DNA from: Saprolegnia diclina VS20
Taxonomy: Eukaryota
Reading direction: 5' to 3'
DNA: 25,523 nucleotides
Assembly (NCBI RefSeq): GCF_000281045.1
Contig: NW_008246100.1
Location: forward strand, 207,385-232,907
Below are positions 9,425 to 19,199 of this stretch, one piece after another (the first letter of the stretch is position 1; every line of letters begins with the position of its first letter). Below the pieces are notes generated by a model. The model was given only the letters and a program-made list of their open reading frames with translations. It made no database searches and was not told the origin of the DNA. The translations under genes and the position numbers were made by a program.

Positions 9425-11954
9425 TTAGATCTCGGCGCTGCCGGTGCAAACCTCTTCGAAGAGCCGGAGGATCATGAGCGGGTTGCCGTTCGTAGCCTGA
9501 AGGCGCGGGCTCGTGCTCAGGAGCTGCGCCAACTCGGCCGGCGTCAGACTCGTCTCGGGCTCGGCCAGCTGCAGGCGCGCGTACTGATTGCTGTCCATAG
9601 GCTGACTGTTGAGCTTGGCAAAGAGGTTGGCGGCGTCCAATGGCGAGAGCGGCGGCACGTCGTACGTCGTCCGCGGATAGCGTGCGGCGTCAACGTGAGG
9701 CATCTCAAACGACGTTTGAGCCGTGAGCACAATGCGCAGCGACCGGTGCGACTGCAAGAGGTACTCGATGGCCATTTCGAACCGCTTGCGGAGCGCGTCC
9801 GGCGCCGAGAGCAGATCGCAGTCGTCCACGACGACGAACGCCGGCCAGTCCGAGATCTCGTCGGCCGCGTTGAGCTTTTGCAGCAGCACATGCGCGACCC
9901 GCGCTGCGTACGCTTCGTCGTCTTGATTCGGTGCGCTCTGGACCTCCTTTTGAAGCTCGCCGATCGAGGCCATGCGCACGCGGTGCCAGCCACGCTGGCG
10001 AACGTCCATGTAGCGTGCGATCGCGATCGCCATCTCCGTCTTGCCTACGGTCTTCGTCGTCAAGAGAAGATCAAGCAGTTCAAAGTACCAATGCCATGGG
10101 CGCCTGTCAGCGTCACGACACGGTTCGTCTCGAGCAAGACAAAGACGTTGTACATGTCCAAGTTGCGAAAGCCAAAGTTCTACAATACTTCGACATAACA
10201 AATAACCGATTTCACACAGGTCTACCGTGCACGTGGTTTCGAGCATCGTCGGGTACATGAGTGACGTGGTTGGCGTCAAGACCGAATCGTCTTGCGTCGG
10301 GGCTTCCATCCACTGCGACGCACACCGCATATCGTCCTCGAGGCTTAGCGACGACGACGACAACGAGTGGGGCTGCCGCTTTTCCTTGGGCGGGAAAATA
10401 GGCACTTCGTGGTCGCCGTCGGCCGGCAGCAAGATGAATTTGCGGGCGACCTAGTCGTCCTAAGTACCACTCGTTGGTTTCTAGCGAGTGGCACCTCGGA
10501 GGGGTTGGCCGTGCTATGCAGCACCGCTACCGCGCGTTGGCCCACATCGAAAGCTTCTTGGACGGTGCGCCCCGAGGCAATCGAGCCGTAAAAGTGGCTA
10601 AGTGCACAGACATCCTCGCTCAGCGTTGCAGGGCTGTCAACTGCCGTACCGCGTAAAGGCGATCGCGGCCTTGTCTTCGAGCTCGGACGCGGGCTGCGTC
10701 GCGATGACATGCTTGACGCCGCGCGCCAAGAACGCCGCCGCTACGTAGAAATAAGATCGCAATCAGATCACGATGGAAGGTACCAATGTTGGCCGACGCG
10801 CATGACGAGAGGAAGACGAGCCGCAGCGCCATCTTGTCGGGCAGCAGCTCCATGATCTCGGCGGGGCTCACGGGCACGGCGGGCCCCGGCATCGCGCCTT
10901 CCATGTACAGCCACTGGTCGTTGCCGTGGCCCGTAAAGTGCAGAATGGTCACCGACGCACTCCACTCGCGGAACGACTGCTTGGTCGCCAGCCGTGTGTA
11001 GACGTGGATGGGCTTGTGGACCGCGTGGACTTGGGCAGCGCCTACATGGCCATGCGTCTTGCTACACATGCTCCAAGTCGCCGTACCTTCCGAGTCTTCT
11101 GTGAGCGACTTTTGCTACGAAGAGCGCATCAGCATCGAGAGTGAGTTCGAGGACGTACGAATTTGTCGAGGGCCTTCTTGAGGACATCCCGCACCGAGTG
11201 GTATTCGGTGCGAAAGTCGAGCTCCTACACCCATGGTCTTACCGTTGTCCATCGCAGTTTTGGAGGTACCGAGAGCGGCGACGGCGTGCCCGTCGCATCG
11301 AGTTCGACCAACGGCGACGCAAAGAGAATGCCCTGGTCGAGATACGTAAGGCCACCAAGCTGTGTATAAGGACGTACAATGCTCGAGTCGTCTTCGGACC
11401 GGTCTTCCACGCGGTAGGCCACAAGCGGCTTCTTGTCCTTGTCCGCCAAGAACACAATCATGTCCCGCTCGTGGAGCTGCACGAGGTCATCCGACCGTCG
11501 CCCTAGACATATGCTTGCTAATGGTATCGGCAATCGCGGTAGCGCACGTACGCAGGCGCTTGCCGTTGAGCGTGACCGGGTTGTTGCTAAAGTTGGCGAT
11601 GCGCAGGCTCATGCTGCCGTCGGCCGCGAGGTCCGCCGAGAAGGTGCACATGAAGCGGCTCAGGCGGTGGTACGTGGCATTGTCTGTAAAGATGCTGCGG
11701 AAGTCGGCGCGCAAGAGCGCGGCAAAGTTGTTGTAGTCGCGCGAGACGTCAATGATGCCCAGCCCGAGCGAGTACATTTCGTAGACCTGCTCGGCAGAGA
11801 GCGCGCAGTCAGGGCTTAGCACCAGCCGCAGCGCGCACGGCTGGCGCTCGAGGTCGAACGAATCGTGCCGAATGCGCTTCCGCGCGGGCAGCGCCAGGGT
11901 GCTCGGCGGCCGCTTCTCGGGCTCGCGCGGACTCGGGGTCGGGGTGCCTGGCAT
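9425..11954 (-). CDS. FHA-like + CHAT (caspase-clan) protease + STAND/NB-ARC-like P-loop NTPase protein, 11 exons, ~690 aa
   Basis: Exons (minus) 11954-11552, 11502-11378, 11332-11270, 11224-11159, 11114-11087, 11041-10784, 10740-10650, 10597-10495, 10450-10226, 10179-10089 and 10044-9425 total 2073 nt in frame, all with GT-AG introns. CHAT motifs ILFASP, ILHFTGHG, LVFLSSC and DKAAIAFTRHFY. NTPase motifs VVTLTGAHGIGKT, FVVVDDCD, IVLTAQ, PPLSPLDAANLF and GNPL. Confidence 0.85.
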
Positions 11955-11995
11955 CCTGAGGCCTGAGGAGGTAATATTTGCCAATGCGAGCGTGT

Positions 11996-12008
11996 GATTG
12001 GCCAAAAA
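11996..12008. promoter_or_regulatory. CCAAT-box element GATTGGCCAAAAA upstream of the CHAT-STAND gene
   Basis: Identical 13-mer to 8376-8388, 42 nt upstream of ATG 11954. Further CCAAT copies at ~11981 and ~12076. Confidence 0.5.
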
Positions 12009-13653
12009 GCCGACCCGCAAACGACATTGCAAGTTTGTATGCCCGACGGCAAACTACAGGTATCCCGTGGCTGCGCCAATCACGGCGTTGCTCGCAGTGT
12101 GGAAAAGATTGTCCTACGTACGACCCGATGGTATAGTCTAGCGCAGGAAGCATCGCCAACGTTCTGCCTCAACTCGTCGATGCAGCGAGTTTGAGAGTGG
12201 GTTTCAGATTGAGTTTTGTTGGTGAAAAAGGCGGCAAAGATCGTGCCTCTTCAAGATCGCCATGCCCTCGACCGACCTCGAGTCCAGTGGGACGTTGACC
12301 GTCTCCTGGTTCCTTATCTGTACACGTGCAGAGACCAAGGGCTTTCGAACGATTGCGAGGAAGACACTGGTCTCGCCACGGGTCGGTGGCTGTCGGCGCT
12401 GCTCCAAACGACGGCTGCGTTCGACAAACGAGCGCCAAGACTGAAGAATGATTCTGTACCGAGACAATCAAGTTGGCGGAGCTCACGACATGATTCTGAG
12501 CAGCGACAATCGAGAAGCTCAAATTAGCTCTCAGAAAGCACTTCTCAAGTCAAGTCATGTCATCATCACCATTTCACATCGCAGAACGACGAGTGATTCC
12601 CATGGCCCTGTCAAGGCGAGTGCAGCATAGCGGCGAACAAAGCGTAGTGCTTGGCTATGCAAGTCACGCACCCACCCGTGGACACTGCACGATCGCTGTG
12701 CGTTGCGTCGACTGGCAGCAGAGTTGGACGCTGAGTCGCAGCTACACATTTTCTGGGTGGCGGGAGCCCTGGCGAGCGTCCACTGACGCCACCAACACTG
12801 GTTGCAGATGGCTTCGAGGTCGAGCTGTCGAGTCGACGGCGACCGAACTTCCTGCAGCCACTCCGTTTGCTGGGTCAAAATTCTGTCACGTTGGCGCACC
12901 CAGAAGCGGCCCCGTGGCGCCCCAAAAATCTGTTCCGATCCCTGTCAAGTCGACGCGATCGGGTCGCGCGAGAACGACCGCCCGCCTGCGACATACACCT
13001 GGTTCAACAAACTGTCCGACGCTTCAACGCGCCACTGGACACGGCGCGTCAACGGACTCGCTGTGTATCTGGAGCCATCGTAGATCTGCATAACAGCCTC
13101 GCTCGACGCTTGCGCGCTGTTACAAAGAGCCTCATCCTCGCCAGCCTGTGTTATAACAGTGCTATGAAACGCCTCCTGTACCGACGGCGGCGTGTTGTCG
13201 CACGAAGACACACATGCGCGGTGTGAAAAACACGCGCGGAAGTATGCTCCGACAGAATGGACTCGAAAGCCTATACGACGACGCTTATCCTCTTCCGTTG
13301 TGGTCGACTTGATCAGAGTCGCCTCTGCCGACGTCCTCGTCGTCACTGCCACTGCGTTCTGTGCAGTGACTTGATCTTTGTATGCGCTGCTGGACGCAGG
13401 CGATGTGTGTGGATTGCAGCTAGTAGCTAGCCAATCAAAAGAGAGCGCGTCGACAATGTACGCGTTGAAAAACGGACTATTGTACGCATATTCAACTAGT
13501 GAAATGTATGAATATGTTTATTATCTCTGTATTCGCATAGCAATAGCAGCGGTTTCGTGGCGCACATAGCGTGGGATGTTATAACTCTTGGGACAAGATT
13601 CGATTCTTCGCTGGCCAGTGCTCGCGTGATGTGCTAGGAAACTTGAAGCGTCG

Positions 13654-13669
13654 GCCCATTTCTCTATTT
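13654..13669 (+). promoter_or_regulatory. Oomycete-type Inr + FPR core promoter element
   Basis: GCCCATTTCTCTATTT ends ~16 nt before ATG 13686. Confidence 0.55.
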
Positions 13670-13685
13670 CCACCCAATTCCCAAG

Positions 13686-14324
13686 ATGGCATGGCTGACA
13701 GGCGGCGCGCCCGCCCCGGCCTCGGCCCCGCGCTGCTCATGGCGCAAGTCCTCCACCACCAACAAGAAGCCAGCATCGACACTCAAGACGTCGGTGCCAC
13801 CGCCACCCAAGACGCTCGGCTCGACTACCGACCGCTACTCGATGCTGTCGCGGGCTGAAGAGCTCACGTACCACATCCACCAAGCAGAGAAGCTCGAGGA
13901 GCTCTACCAGTACGCAACCGACGCCTCTACGGCCATCGTGCCAGCGCGTCGCGTGGTCGCAGTCCCGACCGAGTCGGGCTCGGCCTTCCACATTTTCAAC
14001 AGCAGCGCCAAGAGTAGCAGCGCCAAGACGACCATGATGAGTTGCGAGTACGATGCAGACGCATACCGCCCGACATTCGCCTCCGAGCCGTCTCGCCCGA
14101 CGTTCGCGGCCGAGCACTACCGTCCGACCTTTGCGTCCGAACCCCGGCCAACGTTCCACGAAGGCCATGGCAGCTTGCAGGCGCGCCAGTCGCTGCCAAC
14201 CGAGATGCGCTTGCCGCAGCCGTTCGTCCTCTACGACGAGCTCACGGCGTCCACATACAGCACGCCGTCCGCGGCCACCGACTACAGCCTCGAAGACAGC
14301 TATGCGTCCGAGTTTGAGTTCTAG
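13686..14324 (+). CDS. Hypothetical Ser/Thr/Pro-rich protein with RPTF repeats, single exon
   Basis: 212-aa ORF with coding-like GC3 bias, an Inr/FPR-like element just upstream and AT-rich sequence after the stop. Confidence 0.75.
   Translation: MAWLTGGAPAPASAPRCSWRKSSTTNKKPASTLKTSVPPPPKTLGSTTDRYSMLSRAEELTYHIHQAEKLEELYQYATDASTAIVPARRVVAVPTESGSAFHIFNSSAKSSSAKTTMMSCEYDADAYRPTFASEPSRPTFAAEHYRPTFASEPRPTFHEGHGSLQARQSLPTEMRLPQPFVLYDELTASTYSTPSAATDYSLEDSYASEFEF
14064..14160 (+). repeat. ~27-nt coding tandem repeat, 4 units: YRPTFASEP / SRPTFAAEH / YRPTFASEP / RPTFHE
   Basis: Visible in both DNA and translation. Synonymous positions differ between units. Confidence 0.85.
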
Positions 14325-14883
14325 TTTTTCTTATTGTCCTCCGCTAGCAGTAGCCCACGTAGTATTTATTAGGTTTAGCATGTATATAACGTCAACTTAG
14401 CTGGTAGTGTTTTCTCATCATGTTCGTTCAACTACACGTCGCCATATTTCGAGGCCTGCCATCGGCGCGTCAGGCCACGCAACGCCTTCTACCGCCCAGT
14501 GCTTCCATGTTACGTGCGGCGCGTGTCTGTTCCCAGGCCTAGAATACAGGACGTTATAACCGTTGACCCTCGTCAAGAGGATCGCGCTTACTCTACAGAC
14601 AAGATGCAACTTTGGCCACTGTACTGCGACGACGGATTGCAGCGGTCCAAGGGTGCGTAACATGGTGGTACTGGTATGGGTCGCGAAGCGATGGCCCGCT
14701 CTGCGATCGCAACACGAAGCGTTCGAACTTCTATAGCCACCATTAGTACGAGCTCAATAGATAGTATAAGCTATGACTAATCTTGCTTTCGGATGGTTCT
14801 TCGACCCTAACCCGCAACCGCCAAACATGTTTGTGGCAATTGTAACAATACGAAAGCTCGAGTGCAATATAATTGAAGCCGAA

Positions 14884-17800
14884 TTAGTTGGAAAGTTGTG
14901 CCTGCTTGGCCATCTGCGCAAACTCACCTTCTTCGTTGGCGAGNNNNNNNNNNNNNNNNNNNNNNNNNNNNNNNNNNNNNNNNNNNNNNNNNNNNNNNNN
15001 NNNNNNNNNNNNNNNNNNNNNNNNNNNNNNNNNNNNNNNNNNNNNNNNNNNNNNNNNNNNNNNNNNNNNNNNNNNNNNNNNNNNNNNNNNNNNNNNNNNN
15101 NNNNNNNNNNNNNNNNNNNNNNNNNNNNNNNNNNNNNNNNNNNNNNNNNNNNNNNNNNNNNNNNNNNNNNNNNNNNNNNNNNNNNNNNNNNNNNNNNNNN
15201 NNNNNNNNNNNNNNNNNNNNNNNNNNNNNNNNNNNNNNNNNNNNNNNNNNNNNNNNNNNNNNNNNNNNNNNNNNNNNNNNNNNNNNNNNNNNNNNNNNNN
15301 NNNNNNNNNNNNNNNNNNNNNNNNNNNNNNNNNNNNNNNNNNNNNNNNNNNNNNNNNNNNNNNNNNNNNNNNNNNNNNNNNNNNNNNNNNNNNNNNNNNN
15401 NNNNNNNNNNNNNNNNNNNNNNNNNNNNNNNNNNNNNNNNNNNNNNNNNNNNNNNNNNNNNNNNNNNNNNNNNNNNNNNNNNNNNNNNNNNNNNNNNNNN
15501 NNNNNNNNNNNNNNNNNNNNNNNNNNNNNNNNNNNNNNNNNNNNNNNNNNNNNNNNNNNNNNNNNNNNNNNNNNNNNNNNNNNNNNNNNNNNNNNNNNNN
15601 NNNNNNNNNNNNNNNNNNNNNNNNNNNNNNNNNNNNNNGTGACGAGCTTGGTGTCACCCTCGGTTGGCAAGGTCGCATAGTCCTCGAGGCGCTCGACGCA
15701 CGTCATGATGTTGTCGACAAACGAAAAGAACATGGTCGTGCGCGAGAGGAACGCCGACATTTGGCCCGCGTACGTGAGCGCGAGGCCGGCGGCAGCAACG
15801 CCAATCGACGCTTTCGTGGCGACAGCGAGGAAGGCGACGCCAGCGATGATGGCCGCCGAGACCCAATCGAGGCGCATCTGCAGCCAACGCGTACCGACTT
15901 GATAGACGAGGAAGAAGCGCTGGTTGTAGTCCAAGGCGGCGCGGCCCTTGGCGGCAAAGACGCTGCTCATGCCAAACGCCCGAATCGTCGAGAGGCCGTT
16001 GATCGTCTCGGCGATGACGTTGACGACCGGCGACCGCGTCGTCGAGTCCATGCGCTTGAGAGCGCTTGCGGTCACGTTGTAGTAGACTTGGATCTTGTAA
16101 AAGAGGTAAAAGAGCGGGAGGTACAGAATCAGAATGAACGGTGACGTGGCAGCACACACGACCGCGACGGCGAGAATCTGAAACAAAAACTGGAGAAAGA
16201 GGATCCCAAAAAACGGCAGCTGCGAGTCGACTTGGTCCAAATCGCTCGAGAACCGGTTGAGAATACGACCAACCGGCGTCAAGTCAAAGAAGGTGTTGAC
16301 AGGCGCGCCGAGCACCTTGGTGAAGAGCCGCTGGTGCAGCGACTTGGAGCTCTTGAGCACGATTGAGAGCACGTAGAAGCTGCGGCCCAAGACGAGGAGA
16401 ATCGCCACAAACGTCATACCGAGGTAGATCCACGCGGACGACAAGCGGTCCTCGAACGCCGCGTGGGTCGACCAAAAGCCCATGAACCAGTCGAGCATCG
16501 CGAGCGCCGCCTGCGCCAGCGCGTAGCTCAGCAGCAGCAGCGTCAGCACGAGACGGCCATTGACGCCTGTCGCGCCGAGGTACGACGTATACATGGACGA
16601 CGCCACCGCACCGACTTCGCGCGACTCCTTGGCGACGAGGTTGCCATCGCCGCTCGGCTTGGCTGCCTCNNNNNNNNNNNNNNNNNNNNNNNNNNNNNNN
16701 NNNNNNNNNNNNNNNNNNNNNNNNNNNNNNNNNNNNNNNNNNNNNNNNNNNNNNNNNNNNNNNNNNNNNNNNNNNNNNNNNNNNNNNNNNNNNNNNNNNN
16801 NNNNNNNNNNNNNNNNNNNNNNNNNNNNNNNNNNNNNNNNNNNNNNNNNNNNNNNNNNNNNNNNNNNNNNNNNNNNNNNNNNNNNNNNNNNNNNNNNNNN
16901 NNNNNNNNNNNNNNNNNNNNNNNNNNNNNNNNNNNNNNNNNNNNNNNNNNNNNNNNNNNNNNNNNNNNNNNNNNNNNNNNNNNNNNNNNNNNNNNNNNNN
17001 NNNNNNNNNNNNNNNNNNNNNNNNNNNNNNNNNNNNNNNNNNNNNNNNNNNNNNNNNNNNNNNNNNNNNNNNNNNNNNNNNNNNNNNNNNNNNNNNNNNN
17101 NNNNNNNNNNNNNNNNNNNNNNNNNNNNNNNNNNNNNNNNNNNNNNNNNNNNNNNNNNNNNNNNNNNNNNNNNNNNNNNNNNNNNNNNNNNNNNNNNNNN
17201 NNNNNNNNNNNNNNNNNNNNNNNNNNNNNNNNNNNNNNNNNNNNNNNNNNNNNNNNNNNNNNNNNNNNNNNNNNNNNNNNNNNNNNNNNNNNNNNNNNNN
17301 NNNNNNNNNNNNNNNNNNNNNNNNNNNNNNNNNNNNNNNNNNNNNNNNNNNNNNNNNNNNNNNNNNNNNNNNNNNNNNNNNNNNNNNNNNNNNNNNNNNN
17401 NNNNNNNNNNNNNNNNNNNNNNNNNNNNNNNNNNNNNNNNNNNNNNNNNNNNNNNNNNNNNNNNNNNNNNNNNNNNNNNNNAGCGCTTCGCTCTCGAGCT
17501 CGTCGGCGTTGAGGAACCGTCCGATGCGGTCGCAAGACGCTTTGGCTTCTTGCAGAAACACGATCGCGTTGGAGAAGGCAGTGCACGGTAGTCGCGCTGC
17601 GTTCATGTAGGCGAGCGCCAAAAACGCAATCTCTGCCGAGAGCGCGTTGCCTTGGGCGGCGTAAATGAGGAGGCAGAGCGCCAGCGAGAGCACCGGCGTC
17701 GAGTAGAGTGCAACCGTGTTGAAGATACGCCGGCCTTGGTACTGCTTGAGAAGCGCGAGCTCGTGCGTGCGAATGGCATCAATGGCCGCCTCGAGGTTGT

Positions 17801-18680
17801 GCTCCCAGCCGTACATCTTGACGACGCGGACGCCCTGGAGGAGCTCGTTTGTGAGCTTGACGCGTTCGGCTTGCACGGCGAGGAGCCGCGACCGAACGTT
17901 CCCGACTGACGCGGCCGAGACGTGGCCGACGTAGAGCATGACAAACATAAAAAGCCCACCGAGAAGTCCGACGAGGTAGCCCATTTCAAAGCCGAGCATG
18001 ATGAAGATGGCAAGGACGGCGACAGGAGCTGCAAACGTCCATGCGCCGAGGAGGTAGGCCTGGAAGAGGCGCTCCGAGTCGACGCTCGACAAAGTGACAA
18101 TCTCGCCGGACGAGAGATCGCGCTTGGCCATCGCGGAGAGCCGCAAGCTTTTCCGGTAGACGGCGTCCGTGATGATCGTCTTGGCGTTGCAGCCCAGCGT
18201 CGATGAGAGGTACTGGCCAAAGTCAATGACCGTCACCGAGACGAACGAGAGGGCAGTGAGCAGCGCGGCGAGGCCGTACCCGGACTCGAGGCCGAGCGAC
18301 GTGGGCTTGCCTTGCATGTACTGCAAAAGCGACTTGATCACAATCGGCTGCAGGAGCATCAAGAACGAGTAGAGAAAGTAGAGACTAATCGTAAAGAGGC
18401 TGGGACGAGACAGCGTGCGCCACATGGCCTTGTGCACGACCTTTTCGCGGGCCCACTGCAGAGCAAAGCGGTCGCTGAGCGCCGCGGCCGAGTCGGCAGG
18501 TGCGAGTGGCCACACGTCGGCTTCGTCCAGCGGTGTGGTCGCGCCGTGCCGGATGAGCTTGTCCATCCACGAGATCAAGAAGATGCCGAGCCAGGACGAC
18601 GTCTCCATCGGGTGGCGCCGGTCGGCGGCCTCCGCAAGCGGCGCGCGCGGCGACTTGAGCTCCGCGTACTCGGTCGCCAT
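14884..18680 (-). CDS. ABCC/MRP-family ABC transporter, short form without TMD0; both NBD regions hidden by N-runs
   Basis: Lasso-like N-terminus (HPMETSSWLGIFLISWMDKLIRHG...EADVWPL). TMD1 with ERVKLTNELLQGVRVVKMYGWE. TMD2 with FFDLTPVGRILNRFSSDLDQVD, RSPV..ETINGLSTIRAF and CVERLEDY. C-terminus GEFAQMAKQAQLSN* at 14884. Confidence 0.9.
14944..15638. other. N-run (695 nt) at the expected NBD2 position of ABCC gene 1
   Basis: Run of N between the end of TMD2 and the C-terminal residues. Confidence 0.95.
16670..17481. other. N-run (812 nt) at the expected NBD1 position of ABCC gene 1
   Basis: Run of N between the end of TMD1 (RIGRFLNADEL) and the linker to TMD2. Confidence 0.95.
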
Positions 18681-18798
18681 GGCGCAAAAGAAGGTCTGGG
18701 AACATCGGCGCCATTGCCGTCGCGTCACCATATGGTCGGAACGAGAGACGCTCACCACTGTGTACAGTGCAGTGGGTAGGGTATCACAACGTGATCAT

Positions 18799-18821
18799 GA
18801 AACTGAAACTGAAACTGAAAC
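18799..18821. repeat. (GAAACT)x~4 hexamer microsatellite upstream of ABCC gene 1
   Basis: gaaact gaaact gaaact gaaac. Confidence 0.85.
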
Positions 18822-19199
18822 GGAATTGCACCGTTACGACACCGCAATCGGTGCCGTGGAGCTCAAAAAGATGCGATCTGTGCGCTGAGGACTCTGTGGC
18901 CAACGTCGCTGGAGAAAGGAAGGTAGAGGCGTCTGTGGTTCAGAAAAGCATGTTAGTTCTCGACGGGGTTGGTGGGACCAGGTGAAACTGATCCGTCGGT
19001 TACGTGGAGTACACTCCCGCGTAAACATGCCCAGCCAGCTCGTGCCGCCACGCGCCCCCATGGCGTCAGTTCAACCTCGTTGGAGATTCTCCGACGGGGC
19101 AGACGTCTCTAGCACGGTTCCTCGTCTTCTTTGCGTGCACAAGTGCAAATATTTTCTCCGCATCTATCTCGAAAACCGTTAGGGAATCTTATTGGCAGC

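Noticed and set aside
10045..10225. ORF-track translation ...VDLCEIGYLL...KTVGKT as the real protein
   Set aside because: It reads through two introns, with the middle exon out of frame. Splicing gives NFGFRNLDMYNVFVLLETNRVVTLTGAHGIGKT with a proper Walker A.
14773..17591. ORFs spanning the N-runs, and apparent frameshifts in ABCC gene 1
   Set aside because: Lengths are artefacts of translating N. Frame offsets can be explained by hidden introns or gap size, so no pseudogene call was made.
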